Shown here: piece by piece, positions 11,433-21,674 of the stretch
Numbering within the stretch: the stretch's first letter is position 1
Layout: each line of letters begins with the position of its first letter
Origin: Salinispira sp.
GTDB lineage: Bacteria; Spirochaetota; Spirochaetia; DSM-27196; Salinispiraceae
Reading direction: 5' to 3'
Assembly: GCA_965226555.1 (NCBI GenBank)
Contig: CBDDDG010000022.1
Coordinates: 128,001 to 192,000, forward strand
Length of the DNA: 64,000 nucleotides
Position numbers and translations under genes: made by a program
The notes under the pieces: generated by a model
Databases searched by the model: none
The model's input: the letters and a program-made list of their open reading frames with translations, nothing else
What the model was told of the DNA's origin: nothing

Positions 11433-12692
11433 TTAGGTATCTGAACTCAGACATTCCGTTATGTTCATTTTCATTGCCTGTCGGGTCGGAATAAGGGCGG
11501 AGACCATGGCCATGAGTGTTGCTGCGATGAGCGATAACACAAACATTTCCGGCCGCCATACACCCCGAAAGACTGAAGAAATCCGGTACCCGGCATCAAA
11601 ATCTCTGAGAAGAAATTCATAATTAATGCCAATTTCCACAAGAAAGGCAACAACTCCGGCTCCCAGAGCCAATCCTATGGCCCCGCCGATAATTCCTATG
11701 CCGCCGGCCTCAAGCAGAAAACTCAACATAATTTCCGAATTCTTCATGCCGAGCGCCCGCATCATTCCCAATTCACGGCGCCGTTCATACATGGCAAGGA
11801 GCATGGTGTTTGAAATTCCCACGAGGGCGATAATAAAGAGAATTCCGAGAATGACGGCAGAACTGGATTGTTTTGAAGCTGCCAGCAGAAGATAATCGGC
11901 AGCCAGATCCTGCCAGCTCAGTACCTCCACATCATTCCTGTTGGGAGGGAGAGCTTCCTGAATGACAGCAACTACTTCATCCGCCTCAGCGGTAATTGGA
12001 AAGGAAAGATCAATCTGCGTGACCGCTCCATTCAGCATGAGGAATTCATCAGCATACCCCTGATCCATGAGAATGACTCCCCGGTTAATAATAGGATTAC
12101 CGGTATTGACGAGTCCCACAATCTCCACATCGAATGTTTGATACGCGCCATCGTAGGTGCGCGTAACAATTGTTACCGAATATCCGATGTCCGCTCCAAT
12201 GTCTTCTGCCATCCATCCGCCCATAATAATCTGATTTGTGCCGGGCTCAATCCAGGTACTATTTTCGGTGAGATCATTTTGAAAACGATACACAGTGGAA
12301 TCGGTGAGGGGATCAATTGCGGTAACACGTACCTGAAGCGACCCATCTTCGGGGAAGGGGTCCTTATATACAACCATTTCTCCATTAAAAACGCTGCGGG
12401 CAGTTGCTTTCAGACCAGCGGAACGGAGATTGTTGAGGATTTGATCCGGGTTCTCAATAAGGTTTTTGAGATTTGCCCGCTCCCATTCGTCAACATTTTC
12501 ACGGTGGTATATACGGGCAGAGGATGTTTCATACCAAATGAGGTTTCTTTCAGAATCGCGTTCTCCGCCCTGAAGCATACTGTCGACAAACAAGAACATC
12601 ATAATTCCTATGGAAATGGCCGATGCGGTTATAAGCGTTCGTTTTGTATGCCGGGCGAGGTTTTTCCAGGAAAGCCGTAAAAAGAATTTCAT
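11433..12692 (-). CDS. ABC transporter permease, FtsX/LolE-like
   Basis: 'SWKNLARHTKRT', 'ERRRELGMMRALGM'. Confidence 0.92.
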   Translation of the reverse strand: MKFFLRLSWKNLARHTKRTLITASAISIGIMMFLFVDSMLQGGERDSERNLIWYETSSARIYHRENVDEWERANLKNLIENPDQILNNLRSAGLKATARSVFNGEMVVYKDPFPEDGSLQVRVTAIDPLTDSTVYRFQNDLTENSTWIEPGTNQIIMGGWMAEDIGADIGYSVTIVTRTYDGAYQTFDVEIVGLVNTGNPIINRGVILMDQGYADEFLMLNGAVTQIDLSFPITAEADEVVAVIQEALPPNRNDVEVLSWQDLAADYLLLAASKQSSSAVILGILFIIALVGISNTMLLAMYERRRELGMMRALGMKNSEIMLSFLLEAGGIGIIGGAIGLALGAGVVAFLVEIGINYEFLLRDFDAGYRISSVFRGVWRPEMFVLSLIAATLMAMVSALIPTRQAMKMNITECLSSDT

Positions 12693-13372
12693 TCTTTCCT
12701 CCGTTTATCGCTCTGAATTTTTCCGTCATGAAGTAATATCAGCCGGTTTGCATAATCCATAACCATTTTATCGTGTGTGCTGAAAATGAAGGTGTTGCTA
12801 TACCTGTCGTTCATGGATTTCATGAGTTCCAGAATCTCCTGGCCGGTTTCACTGTCGAGATTGGCTGTTGGTTCATCAGCGAGAATGATTGTCGGATTCT
12901 TTATGAGCGCGCGGGCAATAGCTACCCGTTGCTGCTGCCCCCCCGAAAGTTTGTTCGGGCGGCGATTTTCCATACCTTCCAGTCCTACTTCACTGAGAAG
13001 CTTCATAACCTTCTCATGTATTTCCTTATCGGAAAATTTAAGTAGTTGGAGCGGAAGAGCGACATTTTCCCAAGCGCTGAGCACGGGAATGAGATTGAAC
13101 GATTGAAAAATAAAGCCGAGTTTTTCGCGCCGGTAGCCGGCCAGTTTTTTGAGAGAAATGGAACTTACTTCGGTACCGTCAATGCTTACGGTTCCGCTAT
13201 CGGCGCTGTCGATACAACCAATAATGTTCAACAGGGTCGTTTTTCCCGATCCGCTCGGTCCGGCAATGGAAAGAAACTCTCCCTGCTCAATATCTACACT
13301 CACGCCTCTGAGGGCATGCACTACCACATCTCCGGTTTTATATTGTCGATAAACATCTTTAATGACAATCAT
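12689..13372 (-). CDS. ABC transporter ATP-binding protein, LolD-like
   Basis: Walker [32 protein letters not shown]. Confidence 0.95.
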   Translation of the reverse strand: MIVIKDVYRQYKTGDVVVHALRGVSVDIEQGEFLSIAGPSGSGKTTLLNIIGCIDSADSGTVSIDGTEVSSISLKKLAGYRREKLGFIFQSFNLIPVLSAWENVALPLQLLKFSDKEIHEKVMKLLSEVGLEGMENRRPNKLSGGQQQRVAIARALIKNPTIILADEPTANLDSETGQEILELMKSMNDRYSNTFIFSTHDKMVMDYANRLILLHDGKIQSDKRRKE

Positions 13373-13386
13373 AATTCATCCTCCCT

Positions 13387-13460
13387 GAAACTTTTGCTAC
13401 TGGAAATTGCGCACGCGCAATTTTCCAATGCAAAACTTTGTCGCTGAAACTTTTGCATTG
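13387..13460. repeat. Dispersed palindromic element, long form (opposite orientation) plus partial copy
   Basis: GAAACTTTTGCTACTGGAAATTGCGC-AC-GCGCAATTTTCCAATGCAAAACTTT, followed by GAAACTTTTGCATTG. Confidence 0.85.
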
Positions 13461-13585
13461 CGCTGATTATTTCCCATATGTAATACACTTATTATAGCTA
13501 TGTCAAGCATTATTTTTTGCCAAAATTCAAAAATTACCATTGCACAATGGTTTTTGGATATGATACAATACAACAATCTTAAACT

Positions 13586-15550
13586 ATGACCATGAGGAGC
13601 TATATCATGAATGTCAAATTATACAAGGGAATCCGTTTTCTAGTCTGCGCAATGTTTATTGTATTGATTGTTGCATGTCCAATGCCGGAACCCGAACCAA
13701 CCCCGCCGGGTACCATGGCTGCCCCAACCCTTGAAGCAGGGAATGGGCAAATCATTGCTGCATGGACTGCGCCGACCGATACCGGCGGCAGCGCCATTAC
13801 CGCGTATCACCTTCGCCATAACGCGGACGGCGGCACAACCGTAAATATTTTTATCGAAGTCCCCGCGCCAGCCGCAGCCTACACCATTACGGGACTCACA
13901 AACGGCGCCCCCTACCAAGTACAGGTACGCGCCGTGAACGCTCAGGGCGATGGTGATTGGTCGGGGAGCGCCGCCGCAACCCCCGTTGCCGTTCCCATGG
14001 CGCCGACAGCTCTCACGTTCACCGTTGGAGAGAATTATATCACCGCGGCATGGACTGCGCCGACCGACAACGGCGGCAGCGATATCCTTCGGTATGAACT
14101 GGAACATCGCGAAGCCGATGCACCCGAGTGGGAACCTGCCATTGCCACCGCCGATGCCGACACCCTGACCCTCACCATCCCCGGCCTCACGAAAGGTACC
14201 GAGTACGATGTACAGGTATACGCTGTTAATGCGGAGGGTAACGGTAACCCCACGGAAATTCTCAGCGAAACTCCGGTTAGCACGCCCGACGCGCCCAATG
14301 CTCCAACCCTCACCCCGGGGAAGGCCCAGATCGCCGCGACATGGAACCCACCCGCCGACAACGGCGGCAGCCCCATTACCGGGTATGAGTTGCAGTATCG
14401 CGAATTCGGAGTAACCGCTTGGGAAAATGCTTCCGGCATCGGCGCAAACACAACCCACACCATCACCGAACTGAAAAACAGCACCACATACGAAGTACGG
14501 GTGCGCGCAGTCAACACGCCGGGCACTGGCGACTGGTCGGCAATTGCAACAGCAACACCGCTTTTTGCAACGCCGATTCCTTCTGATACCCTCGCCGTTC
14601 TTTCGGATGATATTACTACCCTTATTACCGATGAGAATCTAACCGTTAAATTGACCGTTGTGGAACCGGGCACTCTTGTGGTCAATGAAATGTCGGGAGC
14701 TATTACGGTCACCCCCGTAACTCTGCCCGATGGGGTCACCCCGCCGGCAGTTAATGCAAGTACCGGAGTTATTACGGTTACTGCGAATACAACGGCCGGA
14801 ACCTATCTGGTATATGGTGAAAACGGAAGCAATGTTGTTCTGTTTGCCGAGTATTTCTACGTTACCGAGAGCCCTCAAAATAGAACTGAACTGGAAGCAG
14901 CGGTAACCGCAGGAATATCAACCTGGGGCCAAACTGCCGACCTCAACTACATTATTACCACGGCAGTAAGGGATATGTCCTTAATGTTCAAGGATAAATA
15001 CACATTCAATGGCGATATCTCACTCTGGGATGTCAGCTCGGTAACGAACATTGGCGCTATGTTCCGTTCAGCACGGGCATTCAATGGCGATCTCTCTGGG
15101 TGGGATGTCAGTTCGGTAACTAATATGGCGAATATGTTCACTGACGCACACGTATTCAATGGCGATATTTCCGCATGGAATACTGGAGCGGTAACGGATA
15201 TGTCGTGGATGTTCGCTGCCGCAAAAGTATTTAATATCGATATTTCAGTCTGGGATGTCGGTTCGGTAACGGATATGGCGAATATGTTCAACATTGCAGC
15301 TGAATTCAATTACGATATCTCGGAATGGGATGTCAGTTCGGTAACGAATATGGATGATATGTTCCGTGAAGCAAGCGCATTCAATCAGAATCTTAACGAC
15401 TGGGCATGGGATAACTCGATGGACCCGCCGGTTCACTGGAACAATACTAACTGGACTAATGGCACATATAACGGAACCAAAAGCAATATGTTTTTGGGTT
15501 CCGGCGTGGTGGCTGCGGGCGGTGTGGGTGTTCCAATGTGGTATCAATAA
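13586..15550 (+). CDS. Surface lipoprotein: three fibronectin type III domains plus BspA-like/DUF285 repeats
   Basis: Lipobox LIVAC; three 'WTAP.D.GGS.I..Y...Y.VQVRAVN' FN3 units; 25-aa repeats 'FNGDIS.WDVSSVTNM..MF'. The true start may be 13607. Confidence 0.9.
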   Translation: MTMRSYIMNVKLYKGIRFLVCAMFIVLIVACPMPEPEPTPPGTMAAPTLEAGNGQIIAAWTAPTDTGGSAITAYHLRHNADGGTTVNIFIEVPAPAAAYTITGLTNGAPYQVQVRAVNAQGDGDWSGSAAATPVAVPMAPTALTFTVGENYITAAWTAPTDNGGSDILRYELEHREADAPEWEPAIATADADTLTLTIPGLTKGTEYDVQVYAVNAEGNGNPTEILSETPVSTPDAPNAPTLTPGKAQIAATWNPPADNGGSPITGYELQYREFGVTAWENASGIGANTTHTITELKNSTTYEVRVRAVNTPGTGDWSAIATATPLFATPIPSDTLAVLSDDITTLITDENLTVKLTVVEPGTLVVNEMSGAITVTPVTLPDGVTPPAVNASTGVITVTANTTAGTYLVYGENGSNVVLFAEYFYVTESPQNRTELEAAVTAGISTWGQTADLNYIITTAVRDMSLMFKDKYTFNGDISLWDVSSVTNIGAMFRSARAFNGDLSGWDVSSVTNMANMFTDAHVFNGDISAWNTGAVTDMSWMFAAAKVFNIDISVWDVGSVTDMANMFNIAAEFNYDISEWDVSSVTNMDDMFREASAFNQNLNDWAWDNSMDPPVHWNNTNWTNGTYNGTKSNMFLGSGVVAAGGVGVPMWYQ

Positions 15551-15577
15551 ATCTGCATGAATAGAAAGTTTCTCAGG

Positions 15578-18517
15578 TCAAATCAGATTGTAATGTTTTG
15601 CTGTATTGAATAATTTATTGTTCCAGATTGAATTTTTGAGAAAGAGCCGCTTATCCATTGGTTCATCAATGTTGTTTGAACGTTCCTGAAGAATTTTTAC
15701 AGCTCTGCTGAGGGTGGTAAGCCAATCTCTCTTATTTTCATTTTCTGACGACTGTTCCAACATACAAAAGTACCAGTAAAGAATGATGCTTAAATGAGGA
15801 TCGGTTGAAGAAATCTTTTTTTCCCGCGTGAGCCAGTGAAAATTTTTGATGCTTTCTTCGGTATTTCCATTTTTTCCCATGGCAAAGGCAGTAATGGCAT
15901 AACGGAAATTAATGAGAGTGCTATCTTCCGCTGGATCTGAGACAAGCAGATCTTCAATCCATGAAAAACCGTGTTTCCATGTAAACATAAAGGAGAAGGG
16001 GTGCCGTTTCGGTTTTTCTTCTTCCTGCCGGAGAACTGTGAGCGCGTTGCTGAACTGTCCCCGCATAATGAACGATTCAGCCGTAAACAGAATTACTTCA
16101 GATGTCTGCGGAAGCCGTTTAAGTATTTTCATACCTGCCTTGAACATCCCCCGATACATAAAGCAACGGGCAATCCATACGTAAAAGAGCTCATGAATTG
16201 CCTGAAATCCTCTATGAACGTTGAGTTGCCGTGTAAGGGTAATCTGCGCTTTCTGATACTCTCCCAAAGCAAAGTAGGTTCGCGCCATGAGAAAGGACGC
16301 AGCATCTACCCAACTGTACTGTCCTGTTCGGGTCAATCGCGCGAGGAGACCATGATCACCCGTGAGTTTGTGCTTGACATCACTGTACCTGCACCGTACA
16401 AAATTATTCAGCACAGACATAAATTGCGCAAATATACGATTACATTCACCAGCGGTATTGTTTTTTTCTACTATCGAAAAATAGTAGCAGGCTTCCTGGT
16501 GTCTGCTGAGACGATGATAGAGGTATCCGAAGATATTGTTTGCCTGACAGAGGCTCTGTTCATCATTGAGCTGCTGGGCAAGAATAATTGTTTCCTTGCA
16601 ATTGTGCTTTGCCTTGTGAATATCCTCTTCCTGTATGTGGAGTCCGGTTTGTATAATGAGCCATTGTTCTTTCCAGAAATTGTCACCTGAAAATATACGG
16701 GGAATGCGTATTTTTGAAAATGCGCCCGCTCCTCTGGCTGCGCCCGCTTCCCCGTCCCCGCCCGCTTCCAGAGTAATTTCGGCATTAATAAGATCCTGTG
16801 TTTCCCTGTTCAAGGCAGTAGCGGCGATCTGCTGGGCCCGGGCATATTGACGGTGATCAATGAGCATTTTTGCATAACGGTATGTGGCAGGCAGATATGT
16901 CTGATGTTTACCGAGTTTGCTTATAACATTGATGAGACCATCTTGTAATCGTACCGCATTACCGGGGTCAAATATAAATTTCAGCGTATCGGGTATGAGG
17001 CCGGTCTGACTATATGTATGAGCGAGTCTGATAATTACATCGGTAAACGCAATGTTGTGCGTATGAAAAATATAGCCCTTTTTCCTGAGTTCCCGGTACA
17101 ATTCAGCGGTTTCCGTATGCGATCGTTCCCGCGTATGAAAAAATGCAAAAACCTGATCTCTGCTCAGCCAAGGCCCAAAAAGCATAAGAAAATACAACAG
17201 TTCTCTAGCCGCATCGCTGAGGATGCTGAGACTTCGCTGAATTATTCCCTGCGAGGGGGGCATGGCGCTTCGGCCGAAATTCCGGAGACGGCTTGGAGGT
17301 ATTTTAATAAAATACTCTTTGTTATTCAGAATGTGGTACAGAGCGCTCAGTTTCTGCTCCGATATTTCGAACACATATTCTATTCCCCGATCCGAGAATT
17401 TATGCTTTTTGCAGAGAGTATAAATTTCTTCTTTATTCTGTATGTTCAGGGAAGTGAATATGCTCTCAAGCGCAAGCGCCTGAGAAGGCACATACTCTTT
17501 TTCTCCGATAAAAAACCAGAAAAGGCGCGATTTTTCCTTCCCCGACTTCATGAGAAATGTGAGAAAGAGTTGTTCATCGGCGCTGAGTTTTCTTCGGCAG
17601 TAGATAATGACAAGCGGAACTGTTCCCCGCGCATAACTCCTGCGGGAATGTGCGTAAAGGTATATTTGCAGGGCAATGCTCATGTCGCGTTCTGTTTTTT
17701 CACTGATAGATGTCGGGAATGAAGAAGAAATTTCCGGGTAATGGTTCCACAGTACAATGCGCTTTTCTCTCCAGACAATTTTTTCTGTTTCGCTGAGTTC
17801 ATCTTCCACCCATTGTACCTTCCGCATGTTTATGGAACGGGCAATGGCAGGCAGGAGATCCTGAGCTTCCTCAATTACCGCATACATACATTTACCCTGA
17901 GCATCGGAATCGCAGAGATAATGGATAATACCGGAGCCGACAAGGTGAATGCCATTACATTCATCTCCGCTGATATGTACTTCTCCGGGAAGCTCCTTCC
18001 CATTGATCCACGGAGCTAATTGATCAAATAATTTTTCAAAAAATGGGTGCCGTATTATCCAGTGAGTAATGTTATCAACATTCCGATAATCCTGCGGTTT
18101 CATATCGGAAATTCGTAAGAGTCCGTCTGATGTATATTCCGAAAATAAGTGGGACATAAGCGATGCCGCATTTTCCCCCAGATACAGTCCCCAGCGTTCT
18201 CGAATTTTCAGGGTGAGCAATGAGATTCTGAGATGTTCCCTTTCATCATATTTTTCAAGAATAAGGTTATATCCATGGAGAATATCTTCATAGGAACTGA
18301 GGATATCCTTCAGGACGAAGAGTATCTGAACCAGTTCCCGGTATTCATCGGGAATGGAGCCCCTGTAGGTATAGATAAAATAGTTCGTATTTTCTTTTGA
18401 TAATGTGCCCCATTTTTCGCAGCGCGCCTTTATTATGCCAACAAGTTTTGTGGATTTTTCAGGTTCAATAATAAGCAACTGTGATAATTGATGGATATCG
18501 ATGAGCAGATAAAACAT
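15578..18517 (-). CDS. Large hypothetical protein with C-terminal TPR-like helical repeats
   Basis: 979-aa ORF; helical repeat pattern such as 'FLMARTYFALGEYQKA'. No catalytic motif recognised. Confidence 0.7.
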   Translation of the reverse strand: MFYLLIDIHQLSQLLIIEPEKSTKLVGIIKARCEKWGTLSKENTNYFIYTYRGSIPDEYRELVQILFVLKDILSSYEDILHGYNLILEKYDEREHLRISLLTLKIRERWGLYLGENAASLMSHLFSEYTSDGLLRISDMKPQDYRNVDNITHWIIRHPFFEKLFDQLAPWINGKELPGEVHISGDECNGIHLVGSGIIHYLCDSDAQGKCMYAVIEEAQDLLPAIARSINMRKVQWVEDELSETEKIVWREKRIVLWNHYPEISSSFPTSISEKTERDMSIALQIYLYAHSRRSYARGTVPLVIIYCRRKLSADEQLFLTFLMKSGKEKSRLFWFFIGEKEYVPSQALALESIFTSLNIQNKEEIYTLCKKHKFSDRGIEYVFEISEQKLSALYHILNNKEYFIKIPPSRLRNFGRSAMPPSQGIIQRSLSILSDAARELLYFLMLFGPWLSRDQVFAFFHTRERSHTETAELYRELRKKGYIFHTHNIAFTDVIIRLAHTYSQTGLIPDTLKFIFDPGNAVRLQDGLINVISKLGKHQTYLPATYRYAKMLIDHRQYARAQQIAATALNRETQDLINAEITLEAGGDGEAGAARGAGAFSKIRIPRIFSGDNFWKEQWLIIQTGLHIQEEDIHKAKHNCKETIILAQQLNDEQSLCQANNIFGYLYHRLSRHQEACYYFSIVEKNNTAGECNRIFAQFMSVLNNFVRCRYSDVKHKLTGDHGLLARLTRTGQYSWVDAASFLMARTYFALGEYQKAQITLTRQLNVHRGFQAIHELFYVWIARCFMYRGMFKAGMKILKRLPQTSEVILFTAESFIMRGQFSNALTVLRQEEEKPKRHPFSFMFTWKHGFSWIEDLLVSDPAEDSTLINFRYAITAFAMGKNGNTEESIKNFHWLTREKKISSTDPHLSIILYWYFCMLEQSSENENKRDWLTTLSRAVKILQERSNNIDEPMDKRLFLKNSIWNNKLFNTAKHYNLI

Positions 18518-18563
18518 AAAATTTTCTTGATATTGTTGCTCTTTTTTGTGAAATAGTCAATGA

Positions 18564-19793
18564 TCAGCGGATTTCAACTTCACTGTCATAATTATCGCCA
18601 TATAATTCCCGGGATATTCGATCTTTGACAATATCCGATAAATCAACAAATTGTATTCCAAAATATATACGATTCACATAGTTGAATTTTCTCACTATTC
18701 TTCCTTTGATGGGGATCGGGTTGTTATCAATTTCCAGTATGAGATCCAATTCCGAATACAACTGAGGCGGAGGCGTGGGTACATTCTGAGGATAGCTGAA
18801 TGCCAGACCGGAGGCACTGATGTCAATAAGTTCACAATTCGTAATTTTTTCCCGTACCAGCTTCTTCTTGAAATATCCCTTTGTCTGCATGGAGTAGGCA
18901 AGGAGGCGGCAGAACTGATAACTCAGCTCTACCTGTTTTTTGCTGAAGCCCTCTGTTTCCCTGCGCATGAGATACACATAACCAACAACATATTCATAGT
19001 ACAGAATGGGAACATAGAGTTCATGCCTGTACATGCGCCTGCCCATGGTAGTAATGTGATTTTGAAAATCTTTGTTGAGTTTTGCATAGTCTTCCCCGAT
19101 CTCTATGGCCACCCACTTGGTATCGTGGGCTTTCAGAAAGGGAATTTTTTGTTCCATTTCAGTGAACTGTTTCAGATCGGAGAGGGGAAGCGCTATTACC
19201 TTCCCTGATATGGCTATAAGTTGTTCGATGATGTTTGCAAATTTCCGGTTCCTGAATATGTTAATACGCGCAGTTGAGGAAAAAGATGCAAAGTGAGCGC
19301 GGAAATTTTTTATGAGGTCGCCCATTTTCAGGTCGGACATCTTCCGATCGGCAAAATTGTGTTCTCTTGTAAGCAGTTCGGGATCAAAATACGATGCGGA
19401 TGTCGGAAAATCAATGTTCATCTTCAGTCCTTCAATAATAATACTCAGAGATATTCTATCATCAGCCTCAATCCGCTCATGGACTCGCGTAAGATCTTTG
19501 TACATGATGACGGGCGATGAAAATATATGGATTTTGTCTTCAGACGAAACATAGGATGATTTAAATGTTATCGGAATTTTCTGAAAATGAAAAAATACAT
19601 TGACCGCATGGTTTTTTGAAACATTTCCCATATCCGAATTATCGTGAAGGGTGACAAAAAGATTGTCGGAATTGAAGCTGCTCAGCACTCCGGTGAAATG
19701 CTGGGTGAGGAGGCGTATGTCAATTGAAATTTTATTATCAACCAAGTATTTGAGGACAAATTCCTTTTCAATGCGCTGAATCGTCTGTGCCAT
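18564..19793 (-). CDS. PilZ-domain (c-di-GMP receptor-like) protein
   Basis: C-terminal 'LIDISASGL...GIQFVDL' PilZ motif; internal 'RVHERI' RxxxR motif. Confidence 0.8.
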   Translation of the reverse strand: MAQTIQRIEKEFVLKYLVDNKISIDIRLLTQHFTGVLSSFNSDNLFVTLHDNSDMGNVSKNHAVNVFFHFQKIPITFKSSYVSSEDKIHIFSSPVIMYKDLTRVHERIEADDRISLSIIIEGLKMNIDFPTSASYFDPELLTREHNFADRKMSDLKMGDLIKNFRAHFASFSSTARINIFRNRKFANIIEQLIAISGKVIALPLSDLKQFTEMEQKIPFLKAHDTKWVAIEIGEDYAKLNKDFQNHITTMGRRMYRHELYVPILYYEYVVGYVYLMRRETEGFSKKQVELSYQFCRLLAYSMQTKGYFKKKLVREKITNCELIDISASGLAFSYPQNVPTPPPQLYSELDLILEIDNNPIPIKGRIVRKFNYVNRIYFGIQFVDLSDIVKDRISRELYGDNYDSEVEIR

Positions 19794-19816
19794 GTATCAA
19801 CATGTACATTATAGCA

Positions 19817-19859
19817 GAAATTTTTGCATAAGGCAAAACTTTATCAATGCAAAAATTTC
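19817..19859. repeat. Dispersed palindromic element variant in the divergent promoter region
   Basis: GAAATTTTTGCAT...ATGCAAAAATTTC; close copies at ~38870 and ~39732. Confidence 0.7.
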
Positions 19860-19874
19860 TGATACTATAGCGAC

Positions 19875-21431
19875 ATGCAGGACAATTCCCTATTCAGAAA
19901 CATTTCTCCTCTTGATCATCGCTATTATGAAGCGAACAGAGAACTGTTTGATCATTTACGGTCATATATCAGCGAAGAAGCCGCGCTCCATTATCATGCG
20001 AGGGTGGAGGGTGCCCTGCTCAAAACCCATCTGCACTTCAGAAAGAACTTTGGAGAGAACCGTGGAAAGGGCTTCGGAGAGGACTTCGGACAGGGCTTCG
20101 GAAATGAAAGGCGCCTTATTCATAAAATTGATGAGGCAGTGCAGGCGCTGAGCCCCGCGGAGGTGTATAGGGCGGAGGAGCGGACGCAGCATCATGTTCA
20201 GGCTCTGGTGCATGTGTTCAGGAACAAGGTTCCGGCTGAAATCCGGCAGCTTGTGCATGTGGGGGCAACCAGCATGGATATTGTGGACACCGCGGGAGCC
20301 TTGCGAATGAAGGAGGTAACATATCATGTTCTCCTCCCTCAGCTTCTTGCGTTAGAGGAAGAACTTATTACATTGAGCGGGGAGCATGCCGAAACTCCCC
20401 AAATTGGGCGCACGCATGGGCAGTATGCAGTTCCCATTACCCTCGGCTATGCCTTTGCCGAATATGTTTCACGATTGGGCGCATCTATTCTTGAAATTGC
20501 GCGGCGGGCCGATGATCTGCGCGGTAAAATGTCGGGAGCTGTCGGTTCATATAATGCCATGCGCATACTCTACAAGAATCCTGTTGAGGTTGAAAAATAT
20601 TGCCTTTCCCTCCTTTCCTTGAAACCTTCCGATTATTCCACACAAATTGTGGAACCGGAATATCAGCTCCGCCTTCTTCTGGAATTAAACACGGCATTCG
20701 GTATTATCGCGAATCTGGCCGATGATCTGCGCCATCTGCAGCGGAGTGAAATTCATGAGGCAGCCGAACACTTTGCTTCATCGCAGGTGGGCTCATCCAC
20801 CATGCCCCATAAGCGGAACCCTTGGAACTGCGAACATGTAAAAAGTATGTGGAAGGTTTTTGCGCCCCGTGTTGTTACCATGTACATGGATCAAATTTCC
20901 GAGCATCAGAGAGATATGACAAATTCCGCATCTGCCCGCTTCATTCCCGAGTACATATGCGGTTTCTCAGAGGCGGTAGAGAGAATGAAGAACATTCTCA
21001 AAACACTTGCGGTAGATACCGAAGGTCTGCAAAAAAATTTGCGGAATGCGGGGTCGCTCATTCTTGCCGAACCCGCCTACATTCTTCTGGCGCGTCAACA
21101 TGAACCGCATGCGCATGAAAGAATCCGAAAAATAACACTTGCGGCGGAAAAAGAAGGTATTCCCTTTCATGCAGCGCTCATGAGGGAGAAGGATGTCTGG
21201 AAAAAGCTTGTCCATGGTCTGGAGACATCCGGACTGGACGCCGATTTCTTCCAGAAACCATCGCAGTATCGGGGGCTAAGCGCCGACCGCGCACGGGAAC
21301 TGTGCCGTACATGGCGGAGCACGCTTGAAAAGCTCAGAGAACGTTCCGGCATTACCGCTCGGAGCGGGGGCGCTCGGAGCAGGACCGAATCGCCGGTAGT
21401 GGTCGACAGCCGATCCGCATGCGGCAGTTGA
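19875..21431 (+). CDS. purB: Adenylosuccinate lyase
   Basis: 'HVGATSMDI', 'GRTHGQ', signature 'GSSTMPHKRNP', 'EHQRDMTNS'. Confidence 0.95.
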   Translation: MQDNSLFRNISPLDHRYYEANRELFDHLRSYISEEAALHYHARVEGALLKTHLHFRKNFGENRGKGFGEDFGQGFGNERRLIHKIDEAVQALSPAEVYRAEERTQHHVQALVHVFRNKVPAEIRQLVHVGATSMDIVDTAGALRMKEVTYHVLLPQLLALEEELITLSGEHAETPQIGRTHGQYAVPITLGYAFAEYVSRLGASILEIARRADDLRGKMSGAVGSYNAMRILYKNPVEVEKYCLSLLSLKPSDYSTQIVEPEYQLRLLLELNTAFGIIANLADDLRHLQRSEIHEAAEHFASSQVGSSTMPHKRNPWNCEHVKSMWKVFAPRVVTMYMDQISEHQRDMTNSASARFIPEYICGFSEAVERMKNILKTLAVDTEGLQKNLRNAGSLILAEPAYILLARQHEPHAHERIRKITLAAEKEGIPFHAALMREKDVWKKLVHGLETSGLDADFFQKPSQYRGLSADRARELCRTWRSTLEKLRERSGITARSGGARSRTESPVVVDSRSACGS

Positions 21432-21658
21432 CGCAGCCGGCAGGCGTTGAAGGGCGTGTACCCTTTCGGGGCGAACTCCACCCCTACCTTCACCAGCTCG
21501 TAACCGGATTACGCAAGGGAATGGGATATACCGGCTGCGCCACAATAAAAAAATTGCAAAATTACAAAAAATACATTATAATTAGCCATGCGGGGCTGCG
21601 TGAAAGTCATGTCCACGATGTTACTATCATTCAGGAACCGCCAAATTATTCTCGCTGA
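21419..21658 (+). pseudogene. guaB: C-terminal remnant of IMP dehydrogenase
   Basis: 'GVEGRVPFRG...QLVTGLRKGMGYTG...AGLRESHVHDVTIIQEPPNY' is the GuaB C-terminus; the catalytic core is absent. Confidence 0.88.
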
Positions 21659-21674
21659 AAACAAGGAAGGTATT

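Noticed and set aside
13640..14739. Long antisense ORFs (272 and 234 aa) over the FN3 region, and similar shadows over the SBP, larA, mcrB and pepF genes
   Set aside because: They fully overlap well-supported genes on the opposite strand and show no recognisable motifs.
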